From Eledone cirrhosa (lineage: Eukaryota), in assembly GCA_964016885.1 (NCBI GenBank), contig OZ024741.1:105958001-106022000 (forward strand): a stretch of DNA of 64,000 nt, read 5' to 3'. Under the pieces are notes generated by a model. It saw only the letters and a program-made list of their open reading frames with translations, was not told where the DNA came from and did no database searches. The position numbers and the translations under genes are program-made. This document shows, in pieces, positions 13,355 through 26,060 of this stretch. Within the stretch, counting starts at the first letter, position 1; every line of letters begins with the position of its first letter.

Positions 13355-13835
13355 GTGACAGCTTCGCAATGTCTATCAAAAAATCTCAGGGTCAGACCCT
13401 AGCTGTTCTTGGTCTTCTTTTGGAAGAGTCATGTTTTTCACACGGGCAACTATACGTTGGCTGCTCAAGACTGGGAAGCAAGACAAATCTCTTTGCATAT
13501 GCCCGACACGGAAGAACAAGGAACATTGTGTACAAGGAGGTGCTACAATCACTGTTTAGGTAAACGAATCAGAGGGGGATATACACGATTTGCTGAAGAA
13601 GGACGAGACTGTGTTAGTAGTACGACCAACAGCAGCAAAAACAACAACAAAAACGAGAGGGAACGCAATTACATGCTTTTGAAAAATCTTAATGGAAAAT
13701 GATTTGCCTAAGCACAAAATGTTGACACCATTCCCGGCCGAGATATTCCGTACTTCTCTATACTGTTTCAGAAAGGAGGGATAAAAATGCCAATCTATGT
13801 TTAGAAGCCCGAGCAACGCCGGGCCATTCTGCTAG
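13355..13835 (+). mobile_element. 3' end of a second Helitron family (PIF1 helicase C-terminus, hairpin, CTAG)
   Basis: FAMSIKKSQGQTL...FSHGQLYVGCSRLG...NIVYKEVL. Hairpin gcccgagcaacgccgggc at 13807-13824, CTAG at 13832-13835. Confidence 0.88.
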
Positions 13836-14364
13836 TCTATACATATATATAAAACCGAAATTGTGTGCGTGTGTCCCCTAATTTTTGCAAAGTCTATATA
13901 AATCCACATTTCTACTCCGATTAACTTCAAACTTGCATTTATATATTCCTTGCGGTCCAAAGATATTAACTGCAGTTTTTATTCAATTTCCTGTTGTTAA
14001 AGGGGTGTTAGTCGCCGGTTAGCGATCTCTCTCTCTCTCTTTCTGAGTCTGTCTTTTTAGATAGATACATAGCTATAACGTCGCGCCCTTATAATATATG
14101 TCTGTATGCCTGGCTGTCTGCATTACGACATTATGAAAACATTGTCCTCATTGCTGACGTATTATCCTCGATATTTTCCGTTCATTGCCTGGGAACGTCT
14201 TGACGAACCAAAGTTTCGTCTTCCTGTTTTCCTTCGGTTGCAACGTTTTTCGAAATATTTACTTCTGCGTTCACAGATTGATTTTTTAGTTTCAGAAGAT
14301 CCCGTTAAGGGTGAAAGCAGCGATTCTTTGTTTAAACTTTAATCTGTTATTTTAATATATATAT

Positions 14365-14406
<42 letters not shown>

Positions 14407-17400
14407 TATATTCGTGTACAGATATTTTTGCATACACAAAAATAAAATATAAACAAACTTATTTATTGCACGAAAGCACAGACGGCTTATTGTCATTGTT
14501 ACTGCCGATAAGCCACCCCAAAAGTCCCACTACTTTTGGCACAAGGCCAGCAATTACATAGGCAACAGTTCGGCGTTTTTTTCACTAAAACTTTAAGCCG
14601 ACAATCCCAGTTGCTTTAATATTTTTTTGCTGGCGTTAAGCGGTAATTTCTATCTATCTTGGTACATAAGCGAGGCAAGCCAACCCAATTAACAATTACA
14701 CTTGAGAATACCTTTCCGACGGTCGGTTTATTTTTCAATCAGCAAGTGTCATATACTAATTTTTTTGCTAACAATCCTGAGACATTCCCACTTACCCCAG
14801 TTGCTTTAATATTTTTTTTGCAATACTTCCTGAGACATAATCACTTACCCCCGTTGCACACATTATTATTGGTGTTAGTACCAAGCCATATGCCTCATTA
14901 CATACATAGATAGAAATAGTGGATCTTTTTAGAAAGACCCCGCCAAAAAATATCCCCACACCTATGTTAAAAATCACATACGCTGGCGTTAAGCGGTAAT
15001 TTCTATCTATATTGGTACATAAGCGAGGAAAGCCAGCCCAGGTTACCAATTACAGTTGAGATTACCATTCCGAAGATCGGATTATTTTTCAATCGGTAAG
15101 TGTCATTTACTAATTTTTTGATAACATATCCTGAGACATTTCCACTAACCCCAGTAAATAGAAATAGTGGATCTTTTTAGAAAACCCCCGCCAAAATAGC
15201 CCCACACCTATGATAAAATCCCGTACCCTGACGTTAAGCGGAAATTTTTTTATTTTCTTTACCAATTACCAACTAGGAATAAATTCGTCAGTATTTTCAT
15301 AAAAGACTTATGATTAGTTTATTTTACATAATTTTCATTAATTGTACAACGGTGCATGCCTTACCCTGCCTCCACCATCCTAAAAAAAAAGCCTTAACCA
15401 AGTTCCGTATTCCCCAACCGTGAGGCTTCATTTTGAAGGTTCTCTGCATTTCGGACAGACGATACAGTGCAGAGGGGTGGGATAGTGTTAAGGCAAACTG
15501 TCTTAAGTTAAGTTGACAATTGTAGTTGTTGAGGCACTGAAGAAGGGTATAGGGTTAAGGACTGATGCATACACTTACGATGGTTCGACAATCGGTCACA
15601 ACTAACCTATTACCCAAGTGAGTTTTAGACTGAAAACTATTAACCCCTTCTACATCAACTAACCTAAGCATAAACAGATACTCAAACTTACTAGCCCACC
15701 TTGCACCTGTTTTTCTGCAACCACGAGTTATACGTTGTTGTTTAATATATCCTAGGCTATGCCCCCAAAGAAGAGAGTTTGCTTCGCAAGAAAAACGCCC
15801 TTTTCAAAAAGACTGCAAAGGAGGAAAGCAAATGAACAGTCCCCAGAAGCTGCTATTAGCCCATTGCAAAACGATGTATCAACACCCACTGCCCGAACTG
15901 CTGAGAGTGACGGACAGCGTGACTTTAGACCGGCAACAAATGATTTATCAGAAACCGACGTCCGATCTGCTGAGAATGACGACCAGTGTGTGCTGCGAAA
16001 ATCACGAAATGCTGCATTAAAAGCCGTTGCCGGAGCTGCTGAGACTGCAGAACATGGTTACCTGCGTCTAAGGAAAAATGCTGCATCAACTGCTGCCACT
16101 CGAGCTGCTGAGAGTGCAGAACAACGTGCCCTACGTCTAACAGAAAATGCTGCGTCAACTGCTGCCACCCGTGCTGCTGAGAGTGCAGAACAGCGTGCCT
16201 TGCATCAGGCAAGAGATGCTGCATCAACTGCTGCCACCCGAGCTGCTCAGACCTCCGACGGGATCGCCTGGAGAGTATCGCCCAGCGTAGAAATACTTGG
16301 CAGTGTTTCAAGGCCATGTAGTTCAAGATGGCTACTAGAAGCAATTGAATATAGACCCGACAGCGATTATGCTAACCATCCAGACGTCAATTTCCAGTAT
16401 GCGAGATACTTGCAAATTTTGCTTTGCGAATAAGTGGCTAGGAGAACCAGCCGGCATGTATTACGCAAGTGGAAAGGTAAAATTACCCGCTCTAGAGGAT
16501 CCGCCCCAGCCATTGCAGCTGCTTCTTACAGGCACAACCCCAGAATCAAAGCATTTCCTAAGTAATACCAGAAAGTACAACTGTGCCTTTCAAATGACTT
16601 CTTTCGGGGCGAATATCGTCAGGGAAGGTGGGTTTATGCCTACGTTTAAAGTCCAGGGGCAGGTTTACCATAGGATAGGACCACTCCAGCCCGTTGCGAA
16701 CCAAGAGCCTCAGTCTCTTCAACTGTACTTCGTTGGCAGCTACCAAGAACAAGCGACAAGACGAAACACTATATCACCCAGCATTAATTTCGAGCTGACA
16801 TTGCAACTCCAAGAGATGTTACATGCAAAAAACAGTTATGGCAGAATTTTAAGTATGCGTTAGAAACAACATCCCTCCCCAATTTTAATGTTGTCATTAA
16901 TGCTGACAAACGGCTATCTGGAGAGCATGCTGGCCACTATAATCCGCCTACATGCAACGAAATCGCCATTGTGCTTGAAGGTGAGCAGCAAAATCCAAGG
17001 AACATCGTTCTCACGTGTCGCGACAACACTCTTAAGCGAATCAGCGAAACCCACAGATCCTACAACACGCTACAATACCCCTTGCTCTTCGTGAATGGAG
17101 AAGACGGTTACCATTTGGGCATTCACCAGCGTAATGACCACAGACCAGACGAGTGTAGCAGCAAACAAGTTTCCTGCATGGAGTTCTACGCATACTGCTT
17201 CATGACCCGAAGCAACTGCCTGAATCATCTCCACAGTTCACGCGATCTATTCCATCAATTTGCAGTCGACATGTACGCCAAGATGGAGTCCGAGAGGCTG
17301 CGCTACATCAGGTACAACCAACAAAAGCTGCGTTCAGAGAGTTACATTCACCTTCGAGATGGTATCACCAATGACGTTGCTCCGGGAGGCTTAGGTTAGG

Positions 17401-20400
17401 TGTACATTTTGCCTTCCAACTTCACCGGGGTCCGCGGTATATGCATGAGAGAACGCAAGACGCCATGACATATGTGCGCCATTACAGTCGGCCCGACTTA
17501 TTCATTACCTTTACCTGCAACCCCAAGGGGAAGGAGATCGAGGCTGAACTCTTCCAAGGTCAGAAGGCCAAAGACAGGCATGACCTTCTAGCCAGGGTCT
17601 TCCGACTAAAGTTACAGAAACTTATGGACCTTATCAAGAAAGGACATGTATTTGGGCCTGTAAAATGCGACATGTACACAGTTGAGTGGCAAAAAAGGGG
17701 TCTGCCACATGCCCATATTCTTATTTGGATGTCAACAAAGATTAACTCCATCAACATTGACAGGCTTATCTCTGCAGAACTCCCAAAGACCTCTTTGACA
17801 TAGTGCGGGCAAACATGGTTCATGGTCCATGCGGGCGTGGATTTAACCAACACTCACCATGCTTGAGAGATTCAGTTTGCAGCAAAAAATTTCCGAAGCA
17901 GTTTCTTCGAGAGACCCAGACCGGCAAAGACGGATACCCCTTGTACAGACAAAGAAAGCCGGAAGATGGCGGGTTTACAGTGCACATTGGGCCATACGAA
18001 GTAGACAACAGGTGGATAGTGCTGTACTGTCCTATTCTGTCCAAGGCGTTCAACGCTCACGTCAACGTACAGTTTTGCAACTCCGTGAAGTCCATCAAAT
18101 ATGTCTGCAAGTACATCAATAAGGGCTCAAACGCTGCTATATTTGGCCTGCAGCAAGACGGCAATCGGGACGAAGTTACACAGTACCAAGCGGGTAGGTA
18201 CATAAGCAGTAACGAGTTTCACCTTGCATCAAAGGCACCCACCCATCCAACAACTTGCTGTTCACCTTGAAAACGGTCAACGCGTATACTTCACTGCTTC
18301 CACTGCTGCTCGATTGGTCGAGGAATCGAAAGACACTACCCTCACTGTATCCACAGGTGTCATCCTACTACATCTGGGAAAAAAAGAAATGGCAACGGAG
18401 GAAGAAGGGTCAAAACGTTGATGGATACCCTGCCATTAAATTTGACAGTTACCTCGAGAGAGTTTACACAGTTATCCAAGCCAACAAGAGTGTTTCTACC
18501 ATCGTCTGCTACTTCATGAGGTTAGGGGACCGACGCCTTACCAACATTTGAAAACAGTCAACGGTCGGCTTTGCACTACTTTCAGAGAGGCCTGCTTAAG
18601 ACATGGACTCTTAGAAGACGGCGCACAGTGGAATGCTACTCTCGCGGAGGCTGCCGTTTCACAGTCGCCGAAAAGTCTCAGGGCTCTCTTTCCAGTGCTT
18701 CTGCACATTTGCGAAGTCTCAGATCTCATCTCTCTGTGGTTGAAGTATAGAGATGCCCTAGCGGAAGACTTTTACCACCAAGCACAATTGCTCTATCCTA
18801 GCCTTGATGCTGCCAGTGACGACGTCTACAACTGTGCTTTGATTGACGTGGAAAACAGGACTGTTTCACTGGGTGGGAATACTTTTCCAACGTACGGGCT
18901 CCCGCAACCAGTACGGACAGGGACGGATAACCTTCCGACAGAGCTCATTCGCGAAACAGCCTATGATATTGACGCTCGTGCCCAATACGTTCGTGAAACA
19001 GAGCCAAAACTCCTTCCGGGACAGCAGTGTGCCTACAACACTATTTTTTGACCATGTGCGAAACCGGAAAGGGGGAATCTTCTTCCTAGATGCACCTGGA
19101 GGGACAGGAAAAACGTTTGTAACTAAGCTTTTAGCCAACACAAGGACATCGCGTTAGTCGTAGCATCCTCTGGTATTGCTGCAACTTTGTTACCCGACGG
19201 TAGGACATCGCACTCAGCCTTTAAGCTCCCCCTGAACTTGGCACATCCGAAACACCGTCCTGCAACATTAGCAAAACTTCGGACAAGGGACTGGTTCTAC
19301 GATGGTGTCAGCTCATAATGTGGGATGAATGTACCATAGCCCATAAACGAGCTTTGGAAGCACTAGACACTACTTTGCAAGACATTAGAGACTGGCAGAC
19401 TGCTATGGGAGGTGTCACCCTTCTCCTATCCGGTGACTTCCGACAGACCCTTCCCGTTATTCCCAAGGGAACCAAGGTAGATGAAGTCCGGGCGTGCTTC
19501 AAGTCCTCTCCGTTGTGGAAAAAGGTAACCAACTGGCAGCAGAGTTTGCTTCGGATATTTTGTCACTTGGCGATGGCAAGATTACTCTCGATGGAGATGG
19601 CAAATTATCACTCAGTCCGATTTGTACCACTGTCAACACAGACGAGGACCTCAAGGCTCAAGTGTTTCCCAGTCTTCCTGATAACTACCACGACATGAAT
19701 TGGTTATGCGAAAGAGCTATTTTAGCTCAAAAAAACAGCATCAAAGAGCAACTGTTGCAATCTCTTCTTCGATAGTCGATACAGTCCCCGACTAAAACCA
19801 AGCGGTAAACTACCCTGTTGAATTCCTCAATTCGCTAGAACCTCCTGGGCTGCCTCCTTATAGACTGGGATTAAAAATTGGAACTCCAATAATGCTTCTT
19901 AGGAATTTGGACCCTCCAAAACTTTGCAACGGCACACGTCTGGTTATAAAGATGGTAATACAGCACGTCGTTGAAGCCACCATTATTTCAAGGTGTGGAA
20001 AAGGAGAGGATGTGTTCATCCCCAGAATACTACTCATTCCATCAGGTGCAGAAATTCCGTTTACCTTCAGACGCCTTCAATTCCCGCTTCGCATAAGTTT
20101 TGCCATGTCTATCAACAAGTCACAGGGGCAGACACTTTCGGTGGCAGGACTTCACTTGGAATAATCATGCTTCTCACACGGTCAACTATACGTAGGCTGC
20201 TCCAGGGTGGGGAGCAAAGTAAGTCTTTTCGCGTACACTCCACGAGAGAAAACAAAGAACATTGTCAACCAAGAGGTTTTACGCCAAGATGCCATGTGTG
20301 CTCAAACGGACTAAATCAATTTCGAATTTACACCTTCATATTACCATTCTTCCTTCAATCAGGTATAAGTCAGGAATTTGGAAACAACCGCAGGCAGAAG

Positions 20401-21440
20401 GAATTACCAGAAAGAGCTCGCATGAAACCTTCCACAGTTTTCCACTACATCAAACGGCGGCCACTGCTATATGCTCCGCAGTTTGACACGGTGTAAGCAA
20501 TGTCAATGTTACTGCTGCTACATAGGACTCACATTACCACTGAAATTTCACTTTTACGTTCTGCATTTCCATCCGCAGGCCAGCATGGAATGGTTTTCAT
20601 AGTAGTCAGTTTATTGAGGGAGAAACAGAAGGGTCTCGAATTTGCTGTCCAAAAAACCCATTGACAATAACGAAAACCGCCAACATCAACGCAGAATGAT
20701 ACATTGTAGGTTGCTTTAACCCGACTTTTATTAATCAAAACACTTCTTGCCAATAAACATTAACCTTTTGTGCGCCATTCATCTAACTGTAGAGCAACAA
20801 ATACCAAGTAAACGGAGCGTTGACAAGAATGATGGCGAATGAATCTTCGAGGTAAGCAGTTTCCTCCCGAGCTGTTAGTTCACGCGGGATTCTCTGCTAC
20901 ACCTTTTCATAATAATACCGAACAACGTACTGCTGGTCACTCCTTCCTCCAAAAGCCGTACAAAGCGGACATGTGTATCGGGCAGATGGATCGGGTGCAA
21001 ATCTACACCAGGCCTACGCGAGAAATTCGCAAGGGATTCACCGAGAGAGATAGGGAGAAAGAGTAACTTAGTGGAAAGAGTGTTAATGAACTTTTGAGGT
21101 AAGTAGCCTACGCCTTACTGCTATGGCACTGGAACCTTCTGCCAACTTAACCTGTGACTTTCTTTTTCACATTTACTCCAATAGGCCAAAACAGAGTGGA
21201 AACGCCGGGGGACAACTGTCACAGAAGGAGTATGAAAAGAAGGGGCTCAACAATATTTCTATGAACAATGCACGTAGACAGCTAAACTGTACTTTCAACT
21301 TCTTAATTTTCTCCAAATAAAACAAGTTTTCTGTCGGCATATTTTAGTGAGTTTTTAACAGGCACTCACAAATAAACGTTTCTCATTAGAGGTGCTATTA
21401 CCAATGTTCTTAACCGTGCAACGCCGGGATACACTGCTAG
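13836..21440 (+). mobile_element. Degenerate autonomous-type Helitron (5' boundary uncertain, rearranged)
   Basis: A TC-starting Helitron-like 5' end at 13836 (tctatacatatatataaaaccgaaattgtgtg), RepHel remnants, and a 3' hairpin ccgtgcaacgccggg with CTAG at 21437-21440 followed by T. Confidence 0.8.
15759..20314 (+). pseudogene. Helitron RepHel (HUH endonuclease + SF1/PIF1 helicase), disrupted by stops and frameshifts
   Basis: PDLFITFTCNP, VEWQKRGLPHAHILIW (HUH), KYVCKYINKG (catalytic Tyr pair), FLDAPGGTGKTF (Walker A), WDEC (Walker B), [45 protein letters not shown]. These are spread over more than 10 ORF fragments. Confidence 0.95.
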
Positions 21441-21763
21441 TATATATTGAAATAACAGATTAAAGTTTAAGCAAAGAATCGCTACTTTCACCCTCAACGG
21501 GATCTTCTGAAACTAAAAAAATCAATCTGTGAACGCAGAAGTAAATATTTTGAAAAACGTTGCAACCAAAGGAAAACAGGAAGACGATACTTTGGTTCGT
21601 GAAGACGTTCCCAGACAATGAACGGAAAATAGCGAAGATAATACGTCAGCAATGAGAACAATGTTTTCATAATGTCGTAATGCAGACAGCCAGACATAAT
21701 GTTTCTCATTGGAGCTGCTATTACCAATGTTCTTACCCGTGCAACGCCGGGATACACTGCTAG
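21441..21763 (+). mobile_element. Short non-autonomous Helitron in tandem with the long copy
   Basis: Starts tatatattgaaataacagattaaag directly after CTAG and ends in the same hairpin + CTAG (21760-21763). Its 5' part also occurs inverted at ~14106-14360 and ~40102-40150. Confidence 0.75.
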
Positions 21764-23220
21764 TTATGTATATTTATATTATAATGTCTTGATTAGGTAA
21801 TTTTCAGTGGGAGATAACTCCGAAAACCATTGTTACTTGCGACATCAGGTATCTAAGGGAGATAATTCCAATTTGTTTAATTCAAACATTCAGCCTGAAC
21901 AGTCTAATAATTAAGAAACAGAAACAAGAAAGCCAGCGAGAAAAGGGCAAGATAGAATATAGTAGCCAAGAGCAGTATAAATGAAAAAAATAAGGAAATA
22001 TAACAACTTTAGTCCAGATAAAAGTTTGATTTGTTGAATATTTTCATAAGCAAATCTTTTTCTATGTGCTGTCCTGTAAAGTACTGCTTCTTCCATACAA
22101 AGTTTGTGATTATATATTAAATGATTCCACAGCATTTTTCTAGGAAACAAAGCCCCTTTTTTAGTCTTTTTACTATTTTTTTAACTTCAAAATAACACTC
22201 ATTCTCTCTTTTTGTTACCATAGAAAGACACTATTAGTTGTTTGTAAATTATTCGACAGTGGTGGATTGGCAGTATTGATAGAGTGTCGCTCACCATGCT
22301 TTGCGGTATAGAGTTACTGCCCTTTACATTCTGAGTTGAAATCCCACCGAGGTTAGCTTTGCCTTTCATCCTTACAGGGTCGATAAAATAAAACAGCAGT
22401 AATGCACTGGGGTCGATTTAATCGACTTTCCCCTCTCCTAAAAAAATGAACTGTTGGCCTTGTGCCTAATTTAGAAACCATTATTAGACATAATCAGATG
22501 TGTAGAAAACTTGCCACACAAATTGAGAAACACCGTCAGTTATATCAAAGACATGACAACCTTACTACTGCTAACGAGATAATAAAAGGCATTTGGTAGA
22601 GAGTATGACTGTATGTGAGATGATTACTTTAACCGGGAGGTCAGTAAACTTACTTCAGTAAAATCGGTCTGTGAAAACCTATCCAACCCACACTAGAAGG
22701 GAAAACAGACATTAAATGATAATGAGGACGATGGTTTGGCAAGAGTTAGGGTATAAGGAAATTGTTTTTTTTTTTCTTTTTGTCAGCTGTGTTGGATGAC
22801 TGGTAAGATTGATATTCGGTTTAAATTGTGGCAAGATAACTCCTCTTTGACATTTCTTCTGGCCCTTTACAATCTGTGTTCAAAATTCTTTAAAGTTAAC
22901 TTTACCTGTTCTCCTTCCATGATTGATAAAGTAAAGTAGTAGTCAAATACTGGGGTTGATGTTATCATCATCATCACCGTTTTACGTCCGTTCTTCCACG
23001 CTAGCATGGGTTAGATGGGTTGTCCTGTTGTGGGCAGTGTCTGGTCGGCTGACCATGCCTTGCTCATACAGGAACTGATAATAATAATAATAATATATAT
23101 TAAAATATTATTATTATTATTGTTATTATTTTTATAGCTTCGTAAATTAAAAAGATACAAAAGAAAAAAGATGATTCTGATAAAACTAAATATATTTAAT
23201 ATTGAAATATATAAAAAAAA
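21660..23220 (+). repeat. Right arm of long inverted repeat
   Basis: Reverse complement of 10720-12695 with several deletions (largest ~11737-12074) and a SINE fragment at 22966-23077. Confidence 0.9.
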
Positions 23221-23229
23221 ACAGCCAAC

Positions 23230-24000
23230 TTAAAGAGGAGTGGGCTGCGTGGTTCACCTTGCTGGACACCTGTGGTAGAAGTGATGTTGTCTGCAGCAAT
23301 AAGTGTGCTGGGCTTGTTATAAGAGAGAGAGAATAGAAAAACCCATCTTGTACACATCTCCAAGATGTTAAAAATATTTCACATGTCCAGCTTCACCACG
23401 AGTTGAGGTGATGAAGGGGGCGCAGGCTTCATTAAGTGTCTGGCCACTTGAGCAGAAGCATTAATATTGTCCATCAACCAGATGAAAGACTATTCATTTT
23501 TGTGACACTCATATTTGGAATACCAATGGCAAAGAAGGTTTTGGTCCCCTCTCTGACTCTGAGGCTTGGAGACAACATTGCTTCCTTCTGCCACCCCCTC
23601 TAACTAGTCTTTCCCTTCTCTTCTGCTGCTCACCTACGCCAATGCCACACACACACACAGTACTCTTCTGAGTGTATGAAATGTCTCTGTGACTGAGTTA
23701 ATTGTTAACTATTTGAGGGTGGTATTTCTGCTGCATTGTATGTGCTGGCTTTGAGTCAGATGTCCTGGCTACTCTGCTTTAAGCATCTGGAACCCATAGG
23801 TTAATATCAGAGACTTCCAAGTTCCTTCCAATGACTTTACCTTCACCATGTCCAGTGAAGACAAGATAGCTACCCTTAGATCCTTCCCAGGGAGCAGCAG
23901 TGGTGGAGTAGATGACCTGCAATCTGGCCACCTGAGAGATCTAATATTTCAACAATTTGCTGAGGCTTGAGTGTGTCTGCTTTGTCTCCCCAACAAATTC
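23230..24000 (+). mobile_element. Degenerate non-LTR retrotransposon fragment, probably CRE/R2-group
   Basis: ~23881-23942 reads SFPGSSSGGVDDLQSGHLRDL, resembling the SFPxGSAGGPDGLRPQHLKD pre-RT motif. GC content is higher than the flanks. Confidence 0.5.
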
Positions 24001-24217
24001 CTTTGGAGAATAGATTTCCTTTAATGAAGAGTAGTTTGCTTCCAACAGGGTTTAATTAAATCATTTTGTCTTCTTTTTTCAAGAGTAATTAGTGCTAGTT
24101 TCTTTAATCTTTCTTCCTTTTTATTTACCCCATCTGTTTTTAAGGCAGTATATGAGAAAGATTTGGTAGCTATTTCAAGCAGATTAAATGACTATATACT
24201 ACTTCTTTAACGAAGAG

Positions 24218-24642
24218 TATTATAGGAAATTTTTAAATGGATTAACACGGTTATTAGATGAAATAACAATAATAATAAGAATAAATGATTTGGTTTATAT
24301 ATGGTTTATTTCACGTGAATCAATTAAAAAGTACAATAAAACAGTTACCAAGAGTTGAGAAGGTTGACAATGTTTTTGTTGTTGATGTGAAAACAGTGAA
24401 TGACCAGCTAAATTTGTTTGTGGTTAAAGTTTGTTGCAGTCCGACATAGTAGTCCTCCTGAGTCTATATTTTTTTCTCTCTTCCACCGGCTATTTATATA
24501 CCCAGCTTTCTGTCCCCTGCCTCGAGGGATCGTCCACGCATCCACCTGTCAACGCCAAAAGGGTGGTGACCTAGAATTTGACTTTTAGGTGTCATCCAGG
24601 GTTCGAGGTGTGGACAGGTTTCGCTACACTTCTCTCTCTCCA
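24218..24642 (-). mobile_element. Possible 3' LTR of an LTR retrotransposon with polypurine tract
   Basis: On the minus strand, ggagagagagaag immediately precedes TGTAGCG (24628), followed by a TATA-like gggtatataaatag and AATAAA. No TSD found and the left boundary is uncertain. Confidence 0.4.
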
Positions 24643-24726
24643 CACTAATTGAATATGAAATATTGTATTTCAGGATTATAGACCTAACAAACGGATTAAA
24701 AGTGTTAATTAAATTGCCTTCTTTAA

Positions 24727-24934
24727 CCCTTTAGCATTTAAATTACTCTATATATACTATTGTATTTTAGTGTTAAAGGCTTTATCTTACATAATATCGA
24801 ATCTATGAGATTTTGATATTATTTATTTTAAGAACAATACCTTAACATAAGTATGAGTGGCCGGATACAGCCAGTTTGGACATAAAGAGGTGACAGAATT
24901 CTGTCCGGATAGGGCTAGTTTAAATGCTAAAGGG
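24727..24934. mobile_element. piggyBac-type MITE
   Basis: TIRs ccctttagcatttaaa/tttaaatgctaaaggg flanked by TTAA on both sides. Other TTAA-CCC/GGG-TTAA elements lie near 46104-46334, 48002-48265 and 57386-57690. Confidence 0.75.
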
Positions 24935-25644
24935 TTAAGTCATCTTTCTTCATGAGTAATTAGTTTTCCTTAATTTTTTCGTTGGATAGTAGTTGCTGTA
25001 ATTCAGCAAGGAGGTTTGTAGCTCTTCTTTAAAAGTTTTCAATTTTGTCAATATTCTTACTTAGATGCAGAGACTATATTTCAACAGTAGATTCCAGTTG
25101 AAGCCTTACATACATCTTGCACAATATAACAAATCAGGCACATAGTCTGCTGTTATAGGAGCTCAATTTGGTGGAATTGTTAGAACATTGTATATTATTT
25201 TGGCTCACTGCACCTTGAGTTCAAATCCTGCCAAGGTCCAGTTTGCCTTTCATACATTCAGGGGTTGATAAAGGAAGCACCAACCCAGTGCTAGTGCTGT
25301 TCTTTTATTCACCAGCTGTTAACAATCTGGATGTTCTGCTGGATCAATGAAGACAGGGTCTAGAGGGTGTCTGTGCCTGAGCATTTGAAACTCTTAACAA
25401 AAGAATAGTATATACAACTAAGTCATCCTCAATTATGTGTTGGCTGTGGAGTCTTGTGCTCTATCATCTCGTTTTGTTTTACTTTGATCAGTCATTGAAG
25501 CTGATACCAGTGTTAGACTTACTTATTGCAGATTTTCAGCTCTCACTTCTAGGAGGTAGAATCTTTTTGATTTTTCAAAGTTACCACCAATTCGGTATTT
25601 GTGCCAACCCTTACTTATGCTCATGAATCTTGGGTAATGACCAA

Positions 25645-26060
25645 AAGAATACAATCGTAAATACAAGCGGCCGAAATGGGGTTCCTCTGAAGGGTGTTTG
25701 GAGTAATGTTACTCAATAGAGTGCATAGCTCAAGAATCAGAGAATCACTCCAGTTGGAGCTGCTATTTCTCCAAATTGAGAGATCACAGCTCTGATACTT
25801 TGGGCATGTGGTAGGAATATCTCAGGAAAGAATCACTGGACAGATTTTACAGGTAAAACCAACCGGCAAGAGACCCAAGAGTAGACCCTGAACAAGATGG
25901 CTGGATAACATCCATGAGCGTGACTGGTTTCACTAGGGGATCCAGCCAGATCAGTTGGAGACAGTTGCTTCTGTCAGGACTCGCTGGAAGGAGTGTTTGA
26001 GGACTCTGCCCCTACAACCCTCTCAGGAATTAGTGGGCAAAGAAGAAGAAAAGGAAGAAG
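25645..26060 (+). mobile_element. RTE-clade LINE 3' end, degenerate
   Basis: QAAEMGFL*RV...IERSQL*YFGHVV...PTGKRPKSRP*TRWLDNI, followed by a (GAA)n tail. Confidence 0.8.

Noticed and set aside
15759-20314. Host PIF1 helicase gene or an active transposase
   Set aside because: The helicase is fused to HUH Rep motifs, bounded by Helitron termini and broken by many stops and frameshifts.
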